Below are positions 26,491 through 33,582 of a DNA stretch of 33,582 nt, in pieces. The stretch spans positions 1 through 33,582 of the forward strand of contig CAJIYV010000163.1 in NCBI GenBank assembly GCA_905181745.1, given 5' to 3'. The notes under the pieces were generated by a model. The model was not told where the DNA came from and made no database searches. It saw only the letters and a list, made by a program, of their open reading frames with translations. A program made the position numbers and the translations under genes. The stretch's first letter is position 1; the number at the start of each line of letters is the position of its first letter. The stretch comes from an uncultured Actinomycetes bacterium. Lineage in GTDB: Bacteria > Actinomycetota > Actinomycetes > S36-B12.

Positions 26491-27300
26491 TCAGTCTTTA
26501 CCAAGTTCCATCGAACGCACAACCCCTGCGGCTAGAGCCGATCTGAGGGCTTCTCCCACGTTTTGTGAATCAAGGACTTCCATGGCGGCTTGGGTCGTTC
26601 CACCCGGGGACGTCACCTGCCGCCGCAAATCACCAGCGGAACGCTCAGAGCGTGCCAAAAGTTCCCCTGACCCTCTCAGCGTTGACCGAACTAACTGATC
26701 CGCTAAATCCCCATCGAGCCCTAGTTCCTCTGCGCCTTCCTGCAAATACTGCGCGAGGTAGAACAGGTACGCCGGGCCGCTTCCTGACAGTGCACCCACT
26801 GCAGCCTGCTGGGATTCAGGGACCACGAATACGTCGCCTACAGCTCCCAAAAGGTCTACGGCAAATGCAATAGAGGCCTCGGAGCTACCGTAGCCACCAC
26901 TGACACAAGTAACACCCATGTGAATTTGCGAAGGAGTATTTGGCATCGCCTTTATGATTTCCTTGGTCTGCGGGAAACAATTTCCGATAAACTCGGTGGT
27001 CACTCCCACCGCGACCGAGATCACGATCGCACCGGGCGCAATAAACGGCGCGAAATCTGCAAGAATTTCCTTGATAATTTTTGGTTTGATTGCAATTACA
27101 ACAACTTCACATGCGGAAAGAACCTCGCGATCCTCGGTGACCTCAATGCCCAGTGAGCCTTCTAGGTACTGGTATTTCTCCACATCGCGCACTACCGCCA
27201 CGATGCTGGCGCCTGACCGCGTCCACCCAGAGATCAGTGCCTGCCCCATCGAACCGGACCCGATCACACCAATTCTCTTGACGGAATACATCGTGTTCAT
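26491..27300 (-). CDS. proC: Pyrroline-5-carboxylate reductase
   Basis: The N-terminal Rossmann motif IGVIGSGSMGQAL and the C-terminal P5CR signature VTSPGGTTQAAMEVL are present. The start is uncertain: 27300, 27291 or the longest ORF at 27342. Position 27300 leaves 4 nt after the TetR stop. Confidence 0.9.
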   Translation of the reverse strand: MNTMYSVKRIGVIGSGSMGQALISGWTRSGASIVAVVRDVEKYQYLEGSLGIEVTEDREVLSACEVVVIAIKPKIIKEILADFAPFIAPGAIVISVAVGVTTEFIGNCFPQTKEIIKAMPNTPSQIHMGVTCVSGGYGSSEASIAFAVDLLGAVGDVFVVPESQQAAVGALSGSGPAYLFYLAQYLQEGAEELGLDGDLADQLVRSTLRGSGELLARSERSAGDLRRQVTSPGGTTQAAMEVLDSQNVGEALRSALAAGVVRSMELGKD

Positions 27301-27304
27301 CACT

Positions 27305-27913
27305 TCACTCTGCCATACCGGGCAGCGGTTTTGTTGGATCAAGCAAGTCTTGAACCATTGGCGACACCAATGCGACTAACTGATCTTGGGACACACTCGC
27401 AAGCGGCTCGATTTCCAGGAAATACCGGTAGGCAATCACGCCGGTTAAATAGGAACTAATCAGTGCCCCGCGGATTCGAGCATCAGGGATGCCCATCAAA
27501 ATCAAGGCACGATCAACCACGGTGCTTTGGAAGTAGTCCGAAAGCGGCTTGATCACGGCAAACATGTCAACACCTGTATTCAAGGAACGTCCGGCATTTG
27601 CAGCCTTGAGCAGGTCCTCCCGAACCTGCTGATCGGCAACTAACTGAAGTGTTCCCCGCACAAGGCGCTCGCCCATGCCGTGAATTCCTGGGGCGACCAA
27701 TGCGGGGATCGCTTTCTGTGGATCACTCGGGAAAGACATCGCGGCCGCAAAAAGTGCTTCCTTGTTCGCATACAGGTTGGAGACAACGGTTGGCGCCACC
27801 CCTGCCGCCGCCGCAATCGACTTAATCGTGGTTCTTGCGTAGCCGGAATTGAGAAACATGGACCGAGCGACCCCCACGATTCCACCGTCTTCTCGTTTTT
27901 CCTCCCGCGCCAT
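27305..27913 (-). CDS. TetR/AcrR family transcriptional regulator
   Basis: 202-aa ORF with the N-terminal TetR HTH (GYARTTIKSIAAAAGVAPTVVSNLYANKEALF) and a helical C-terminal domain. Confidence 0.85.
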   Translation of the reverse strand: MAREEKREDGGIVGVARSMFLNSGYARTTIKSIAAAAGVAPTVVSNLYANKEALFAAAMSFPSDPQKAIPALVAPGIHGMGERLVRGTLQLVADQQVREDLLKAANAGRSLNTGVDMFAVIKPLSDYFQSTVVDRALILMGIPDARIRGALISSYLTGVIAYRYFLEIEPLASVSQDQLVALVSPMVQDLLDPTKPLPGMAE

Positions 27914-27916
27914 GGC

Positions 27917-28714
27917 CTACTCCTCTCCACTGGAAAACACTCGATGGGGAAACACTTGCCGAACAAAATCAAGGCTGGCCCGCACATCGGAAATGCGTTC
28001 GTCACGATCCCTAGCCGACCGAGTCGTAATTTCAGCGATAATATTTCCAGTAAAGCCACTATTTTTAAGGAATTCCAACCCTTCGCGTACCGGCTGGGTT
28101 CCCCTGCCTGGCACTAAGTGTTCGTCGGCTGGGGAGTCGGTACCGTCCGCCAAGTGAATGTGGGTCAAGCGCTCGCCAAAATCACGCATCATTTCGATCG
28201 GATCAGTTCGTGAAACCGCCGTGTGCGAAAAATCCAAAGTGACATTTTCGTAATCCTGCTTTCTTATGTCCCAGTCGGGAGAATATGCAGGAAACGACCC
28301 AGGCCCTGCCCGCCACGGATACATATTTTCAACGGTGAAACCCACTGGCGAGTTCGTGTTGAGTTCAGAGATCCCTTTTTCAAAGTTTTTTGCATACGCA
28401 CGCTGCCAACGAAATGGCGGGTGTACAACAACAGTCATGGCACCCACCAATTCAGCAACTTCACGGGCTTTGTCCAGTTTTCCCCAAGAGTCTGTCCCCC
28501 AGACTCGTTGAGTGACTAACAGGCACGGGGAATGCAATGACAGGATCGGGAGTTGATAGTGCTGAACAAGATTCCGCAGTACCGTAGAATCTTGACTCAT
28601 GGCGTCCATTCCCACCATTACTTCGACCCCGTCATAACCGGTAAGAGCCGCAAGTTCAAAGGCGGCAGCGGTAGATTCAGGAAACACTGAAGAAGTCGAA
28701 AGGCCTATCTTCAT
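27917..28714 (-). CDS. Sugar phosphate isomerase/epimerase (xylose-isomerase-like TIM barrel)
   Basis: MKIGLSTSSVF... followed by an AP-endonuclease-2/xylose-isomerase-like TIM pattern (GYDGVEV, VVVHPP, HIHLADG). The ATG at 28714 overlaps the ATPase stop as ATGA. The track ORF extends to 28756. Confidence 0.8.
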   Translation of the reverse strand: MKIGLSTSSVFPESTAAAFELAALTGYDGVEVMVGMDAMSQDSTVLRNLVQHYQLPILSLHSPCLLVTQRVWGTDSWGKLDKAREVAELVGAMTVVVHPPFRWQRAYAKNFEKGISELNTNSPVGFTVENMYPWRAGPGSFPAYSPDWDIRKQDYENVTLDFSHTAVSRTDPIEMMRDFGERLTHIHLADGTDSPADEHLVPGRGTQPVREGLEFLKNSGFTGNIIAEITTRSARDRDERISDVRASLDFVRQVFPHRVFSSGEE

Positions 28715-31101
28715 GGCGCGTTCATCTCGACCGGCCCCTTGGGCGCGCGCCTCCATCGGTCGGTCACCCGGGTAGCAATCACGACCGCAACAGCGCCGGC
28801 TAGCCCTACCCCAATGGAGATAAGGCTATAGCGCTCTGGTCCCAAGGAAAGCGCAAAAATATTTGAGAGCCATGGGATGTACAGCACCGCAATAAACGCT
28901 GCTCCCATGAGGCCTACGAGGGCAAGCCTGATCAGATTGAGCGGGCGTGCCGATTCCGCCAGAACTGCAAGTGTCACGATAAATAACGTGATGGTCGCAC
29001 CTGACTGGGCGTTAAATAGCGGTTCATCAAAATAAAGGGCCACTCCGTAACTCGTGAAAGAAGCAACCGCGGCAATCACGCCGGCCGGGATCGCGAATGA
29101 CAACACCCTGCGAAAGAATCCAGGCCGAAATCTTTCAACATTTGGCATCAATGCGAGAAAAAAACCAGGAATTCCAATTGTCAATGCACTCACCAATGTT
29201 AAGTGGCGCGGTAAAAATGGGAAGGCAACTACGAAGATCACCGTCGCACTACTCACGATCATGGCATAAAAACTTTTAGTTAAGAAAACGTTGGCGACAC
29301 GTTCAATGTTCACTAACACTTTGCGCCCCTGCGCCACAACGTCGGGCATCATTTCCCACTGGTCATCAAGCAAAACTAATTGGGCCACAGCGCGCGTAGC
29401 ATCTGAACCAGAACCCATCGCGATTCCAAGATCTGCATTCTTAAGTGCGAGTACGTCGTTAACCCCATCACCCGTCATTGCGACAGTTTTCCCGCGTGCA
29501 TGCAGGGCATCGATCATATCCCGCTTTTGCGCAGGCGTAACCCGGCCAAACACATGTGTGGTTGCGAGCACTTCGGCTACTTCATCCGTATTTTCGGGCA
29601 AATACCGCGCGTCGTACGGGTGATCCGCACCTGGCACGCCGGCCTGCCTGGCAATTGCACCTACCGTCTGCGGATTGTCACCCGAGATCACTTTTACGTT
29701 AACACCCTGGCTGAGGAAATATGCGACCGTCTCAGCCGCATCTGCGCGAAGAGTCTGACTGATCACAACGAGCGCTGCGCACTCAACTTCTCCCAGCTTT
29801 TCTTCTGAACTCATCCTCGCGGAGCCCTCTACCAACTTTGCGAGCACTAACACTCGAGCACCAGATGCGGCGCTACTGCTCGCGCGCTCCAGCATTTGGG
29901 AATCATTCGGAGCAACCATCTCTGGGGCACCCAACACCCACGACACCTGATCAGAAAAAGTTGCGCTCGACCATTTACGGGAACTGGAAAACGGAACCGA
30001 ATAGCTGACTTGCCAATCTGGGTCGGGGTAACGAGCCTGGATAGCAGCCAGCGTGGGATTCGCATTGGGCTGCGATGCGGCAACCGCACCAAGGGCCACT
30101 TCAATTTCCACTAAATCTGATATGCCCAGTGGGATTACATTGTGAACCTGCATTCCGGGCGCAGTGAGAGTCCCGGTCTTATCCACGCATACGGTGTCGA
30201 CTCGGGCTAAGACTTCCACAGCCGGCAGATCCTGAACAAGTACCCTCCTTCTCGCAAGTTCAATCACAGACACCGCCATTGAGATAGAGGTAAGAAGGAC
30301 GAGTCCCTCTGGCACCATCGTGACAATGCCAGCGATTGTTCCTCTAATTGCTTCGGGCAGGGGCAACTGTGCCTCGATAAACTGCGAAAGAAAAAGTGTG
30401 ATTCCCACGGGAAGTAGGAAGTAGGAAACGTATTTGATGAACTTATTGATTGAATCGCGAAGTTCTGATTTCGTAGTTTGAAATTGTGTGGCAACTTCCG
30501 TGAGGCCTGCGGCGAATGAATCACGCCCAATCTTCGTTGCGCGCATGTACCCAGCACCGGCAACCACGAAGGAACCACTCATGACCGAATCTCCCACTTG
30601 TTTGTCAACCGGATCCGCTTCGCCCGTGAGCAGGCTCTCATCAATTTCTAGACCCTGAGATTTCTCAATTTCTCCGTCAACGACTAACTGACTGCCCGTG
30701 CCCAGCACGATCAGATCGCCCAGCACTATATCTCGCGGGGTGAGAACTTGTTCGGATCCATCCCGGCGAACAACTGGTTTCGCTTCACCGATGATCGCAA
30801 GCTTTTCCAGGGCGCGAGCAGCGCGGTATTCCTGGATCGTGCCAATCAGAGTATTGGCCACGATGACAAAGCCGAAAAGGGAATCCTGCCAGGGGGCCAC
30901 GATCAACATGACTACCCACATTGATCCAATTAAGAAGTTGAACCAAGTCAATGTGTTTTCTTTGATAATGCTGGAAAGGCTCCGCGAATTAGCGTCGGGC
31001 GCATCATTAATTTGACCGGAAGCGATCCGCTGTTCAACTTCGACCCAGGTAAGCCCAGCAAACGAGTCCGGATCAGCACTTCGTGGGCGCTGAGGGCTCA
31101 T
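28711..31101 (-). CDS. Cation-translocating P-type ATPase (P2-like, CtpE-type architecture)
   Basis: 796-aa ORF with the phosphorylation motif CVDKTGTLT, the TGE actuator motif (LLTGEADPV), the TM4 PEGL motif (MVPEGLVLL) and the hinge MTGDGVNDVLALKNADLGIAMG. Length and N-terminus resemble mycobacterial CtpE as I remember it. The transported ion is not determinable here. Confidence 0.92.
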   Translation of the reverse strand: MSPQRPRSADPDSFAGLTWVEVEQRIASGQINDAPDANSRSLSSIIKENTLTWFNFLIGSMWVVMLIVAPWQDSLFGFVIVANTLIGTIQEYRAARALEKLAIIGEAKPVVRRDGSEQVLTPRDIVLGDLIVLGTGSQLVVDGEIEKSQGLEIDESLLTGEADPVDKQVGDSVMSGSFVVAGAGYMRATKIGRDSFAAGLTEVATQFQTTKSELRDSINKFIKYVSYFLLPVGITLFLSQFIEAQLPLPEAIRGTIAGIVTMVPEGLVLLTSISMAVSVIELARRRVLVQDLPAVEVLARVDTVCVDKTGTLTAPGMQVHNVIPLGISDLVEIEVALGAVAASQPNANPTLAAIQARYPDPDWQVSYSVPFSSSRKWSSATFSDQVSWVLGAPEMVAPNDSQMLERASSSAASGARVLVLAKLVEGSARMSSEEKLGEVECAALVVISQTLRADAAETVAYFLSQGVNVKVISGDNPQTVGAIARQAGVPGADHPYDARYLPENTDEVAEVLATTHVFGRVTPAQKRDMIDALHARGKTVAMTGDGVNDVLALKNADLGIAMGSGSDATRAVAQLVLLDDQWEMMPDVVAQGRKVLVNIERVANVFLTKSFYAMIVSSATVIFVVAFPFLPRHLTLVSALTIGIPGFFLALMPNVERFRPGFFRRVLSFAIPAGVIAAVASFTSYGVALYFDEPLFNAQSGATITLFIVTLAVLAESARPLNLIRLALVGLMGAAFIAVLYIPWLSNIFALSLGPERYSLISIGVGLAGAVAVVIATRVTDRWRRAPKGPVEMNAP

Positions 31102-31185
31102 GACACCACGTTACCTGAACCACAGATCCAGCACCTACTTCACGGTGCCCGTGCTGCATGGGGTACCCAGTGGACCTAGGCTGAT

Positions 31186-31980
31186 GTGGTGCCTGAAGTC
31201 CTCCTTGATTTCCCCAGAGCCTGGGTTGAGTTCGTCGACCCATCAGATGACGACCAATTGATCCGCTGCGATCTCACTTGGCTCACTTCCAAGTACAACT
31301 GCATTTTCGGCAGAGGCTGTAAAGGCATTGAGGCCGAGCGCCCCGATGCGGGCTGCTGCGCCCACGGCGCTCATTTTTCTGAAAAGAAGGACGAGAAGCG
31401 AGTGCGCAAATGGGTTAAGAAACTTACCCCCGATGTGTGGGAGAACTACGAACTTGGACTGGGGAAGAAAGGCTGGACTGAGAAAGAAGATGGCGTCGAT
31501 AAAACCCGAGTCGTCAAGGGTGCCTGCATTTTCCACAACTCCGAGGGATTTTCCGGTGGCTACGGGTGCGCACTACACCATTTGGCCGAAAAAGAGGGCG
31601 TTCATTTCATCGAGACCAAGCCAGACGTCTGCTGGCAGCTTCCACTGCGACGCTCCTATGACAATGTGACCTACGAGGACGGCCGTGAGCGCCAAGTCGT
31701 CGTCTTGGGCGAGTACGACCGTCGTGCGTGGGGAGCCGGTGGAGCCGATCTTGATTGGTACTGCACGGGTAACACCGAAGCGCATACTGCGAGCGAACCG
31801 GTCTACATCAATTCAAAGGAAGAAATCGTGGCCCTGATTGGGGCACCGGCTTATGAGGAACTTGCTCAGCTGTGCCGGAACCGCGAGGCTGTGATCACAA
31901 GTTTTAATCAGCGGGGTAAAAAGTCAGACCCCACGGTCAGAATTGGGCTGTCGATTCATCCGGCTGACCCGCAGGACTAA
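31186..31980 (+). CDS. Conserved-looking hypothetical protein, cysteine-rich (11 Cys), function unknown
   Basis: 264-aa ORF with a GTG start and protein-like composition. Clustered Cys/His residues occur (CDLTW..CIFGRGCKG..GCCAHGAHF..CIFHN..GCALHH..CWQLP..WYC). I do not recognise the family with confidence. Confidence 0.6.
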   Translation: MVPEVLLDFPRAWVEFVDPSDDDQLIRCDLTWLTSKYNCIFGRGCKGIEAERPDAGCCAHGAHFSEKKDEKRVRKWVKKLTPDVWENYELGLGKKGWTEKEDGVDKTRVVKGACIFHNSEGFSGGYGCALHHLAEKEGVHFIETKPDVCWQLPLRRSYDNVTYEDGRERQVVVLGEYDRRAWGAGGADLDWYCTGNTEAHTASEPVYINSKEEIVALIGAPAYEELAQLCRNREAVITSFNQRGKKSDPTVRIGLSIHPADPQD

Positions 31981-31995
31981 AACACAGGACTTAAC

Positions 31996-33387
31996 ATGGC
32001 AAAAAGCACTACGAAAACACCTCAATTTCGCTGCACCGAGTGTGGCTGGGCTACCGGTAAATGGGGTGGGCGCTGCGGTGAATGTCAATCTTGGGGCACA
32101 GTAGAAGAGGTCGGTGTGGTTACCGCTACTACTAAAGTAAGGGCAACGACATCGCCCGCACTTGCCATTAATGAGATTGATATTTCTGCAGCACAAGCTC
32201 ACAGCACCGGGATCGGTGAATTTGATCGGGCACTCGGGGGTGGATTTGTGCCTGGGGCCGTCCTCCTTCTCGCCGGAGAACCAGGGGTTGGCAAATCAAC
32301 ACTGCTCTTGGCTGTGGCAGCCCAGTGGGCGCGGATGGGACACAAGGTCCTTTATCTCACCGGTGAGGAATCTGTCGCCCAAGTTCGACTGCGTGCTGAG
32401 CGAATCGATGCCGTCAGCGACTCACTCTTCCTCGCAGCTGAAACCGACCTTGGAGTAGCACTGGGTCACATTGAACACACGAACCCATCACTACTCATTG
32501 TTGACTCAGTGCAAACCATCTCAAGCGCCGATGTCGACGGAGTTAGCGGAGGGGTCACTCAGGTCAAGGAAGTTGCCGCATCACTCATTCGGGCAGCCAA
32601 GTCGAGGAATATGACCACGGTCCTTGTTGGCCATGTCACAAAAGACGGCAGCGTTGCCGGCCCGCGCGCACTTGAGCACCTCGTTGACGTGGTCTTGCAG
32701 TTTGAAGGTGACCGACACGGACCCCTTCGCCTAGTGCGTGCGGTAAAAAATCGTTATGGCCCGGCTGACGAGATCGGCTGCTTCGAATTGACCGAGGATG
32801 GCATTCACGGACTCCCTGACCCAAGTGGCCTATTTCTCGGTGACCGAACCCACCCAGTCCCTGGAACATGCGTCACCATCACCGTCGAAGGAAAGCGACC
32901 ACTGGTGGCTGAAGTTCAGGCACTAATTGCGCCTTCTAGCTCACCCCAACCCCGCCGGGTGACCAGCGGCCTTGACTCTTCTCGGACCGCCATGATGTTG
33001 GGGATCTTGGAGCGTCGCGCGGGCCTGTCACTCTCTACCGCGGATTGCTTCGTGGCAACCGTTGGCGGAATGCGCCTACTTGAACCGGCAACTGACCTGG
33101 CAACAGCGCTTGCGATCGTCAGTAGCGTGAAGGACATTTCATTACCCAGCGGTCTGGTTGCCATTGGCGAACTTGGACTAGCCGGCGACATTCGCCGGAT
33201 AACCGGACTTGAGAAGCGGCTAGATGAAGCGGCCCGACTGGGTTTCACCGATGCAATTATTCCCACCGGCACTTCTGTGAAAACTCAGGGAATCGTCACC
33301 CATCCTGTGTCCAATATTGCACAAGCAGTAACCGTGATGACCTCACTGACTGCACGCTCGAAGCGTGAAGGTGCGCCGAACCCTTAA
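31996..33387 (+). CDS. radA: DNA repair protein RadA (Sms)
   Basis: 463-aa ORF with the N-terminal zinc finger CTECGWATGKWGGRCGECQSWGT, Walker A GEPGVGKST, the RadA KNRYGP motif and a Lon-like C-terminal domain. Confidence 0.96.
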   Translation: MAKSTTKTPQFRCTECGWATGKWGGRCGECQSWGTVEEVGVVTATTKVRATTSPALAINEIDISAAQAHSTGIGEFDRALGGGFVPGAVLLLAGEPGVGKSTLLLAVAAQWARMGHKVLYLTGEESVAQVRLRAERIDAVSDSLFLAAETDLGVALGHIEHTNPSLLIVDSVQTISSADVDGVSGGVTQVKEVAASLIRAAKSRNMTTVLVGHVTKDGSVAGPRALEHLVDVVLQFEGDRHGPLRLVRAVKNRYGPADEIGCFELTEDGIHGLPDPSGLFLGDRTHPVPGTCVTITVEGKRPLVAEVQALIAPSSSPQPRRVTSGLDSSRTAMMLGILERRAGLSLSTADCFVATVGGMRLLEPATDLATALAIVSSVKDISLPSGLVAIGELGLAGDIRRITGLEKRLDEAARLGFTDAIIPTGTSVKTQGIVTHPVSNIAQAVTVMTSLTARSKREGAPNP

Positions 33388-33582
33388 TTCTTCTTTGTCA
33401 CAGCAAAAGGAGTCGCTTCACTGAAGACATCGGCGTTGCGACCAATCACCTCATAACGGCCCACCTTGGCCGCCTCGTCAATCTCGGGACATCCTGGCTC
33501 GCTCAGTTGACCATTCCACGCGATGGTGGATGCGACTATGTCACCGGGTTCAAGGACCACAACTTTTTTCTTCTTGCTCGGC
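33384..33582 (-). CDS. 3' end of an unidentified CDS entering from the right edge
   Basis: Not in the ORF track because the start lies outside the window. By hand translation, the minus frame is open for all 65 codons from 33581 to the TAA at 33384-33386: PSKKKKVVVLEPGDIVASTIAWNGQLSEPGCPEIDEAAKVGRYEVIGRNADVFSEATPFAVTKKN. It overlaps the radA stop region by 4 nt. No family is recognised. Confidence 0.4.
   Translation of the reverse strand, partial: PSKKKKVVVLEPGDIVASTIAWNGQLSEPGCPEIDEAAKVGRYEVIGRNADVFSEATPFAVTKKN

Noticed and set aside
26284-26535. 83-aa plus-strand ORF in the proC-HTH spacer
   Set aside because: It runs antisense into the proC 3' end and has no RBS or motifs. The spacer is discussed as a finding, but this ORF is not credible as a gene.
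29158-29164. A7 and T7-T8 homopolymers inside coding regions (29158-29164 in the ATPase, about 16476 in resB) as possible frameshift or phase-variation sites
   Set aside because: The reading frames are intact across them, and they encode ordinary Phe-Phe or Lys-Lys dipeptides. Only the A8 run in the doubtful hemD N-terminal extension is retained as noteworthy.
31141-31153. Small palindrome CACGG-TGC-CCGTG in the ATPase/Cys-rich-protein divergent region
   Set aside because: The arms are only 5 bp, which is expected by chance in an 84-nt GC-rich spacer. No second copy was found.
1-33582. Search for mobile elements, CRISPR arrays, tRNA/rRNA genes, and defence or toxin-antitoxin modules
   Set aside because: I saw no transposase, integrase or recombinase-like ORF and no terminal inverted repeats. 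There is no spaced repeat array; the only repeat is a single 2 x 15-bp duplication. I found no T-loop or anticodon-arm patterns in the few spacers. Every ORF over 90 aa that I accept has a housekeeping-type motif set.

Overview
This window looks like core chromosome from a compact-genome actinobacterium with moderate GC (judged by eye, not computed). I found no mobile element, CRISPR array, tRNA or rRNA, and no recognisable defence or toxin system. Nearly every base is covered by tightly packed respiratory and cofactor housekeeping genes. In order these are: the 5' half of the NADH dehydrogenase I operon on the minus strand (nuoA to nuoF complete, nuoG running off the left edge); an almost complete menaquinone pathway (menG/ubiE, menF, menD, menC, menB, menE, menA); two small membrane proteins (DUF4229-like and PLD-N-terminal-like); System II cytochrome c maturation genes (ccsB, resB, ccdA, ResA-like thioredoxin) behind a histidine phosphatase, a cobA/hemD fusion and rex; a glutaredoxin-like gene, an acyl-CoA ligase, a HAD-IB hydrolase and an acyltransferase; a 32-aa bS22 ribosomal protein gene missing from the ORF track; a small HTH protein, proC, a TetR regulator, a TIM-barrel sugar-phosphate isomerase and a CtpE-like P-type ATPase; and a Cys-rich hypothetical, radA and a partial convergent ORF. 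From memory, gene order from about 6 to 28 kb parallels M. tuberculosis Rv0498-Rv0558, but condensed. I do not see convincing evidence for a new multi-gene system. The points most worth a second look are: (1) the rex-hemD-ccs array lacks hemA, hemC, hemB and hemL at their conserved positions; (2) a near-perfect Rex/CRP-type palindrome lies upstream of nuoA; (3) the 279-nt menF/menD convergent spacer is unusually long and holds a perfect 15-bp tandem duplication; (4) the hemD fusion carries a low-complexity N-terminal extension; and (5) there are several unusual gene overlaps and symmetric start regions. All product calls rest on motifs I read in the supplied translations, not on database searches.
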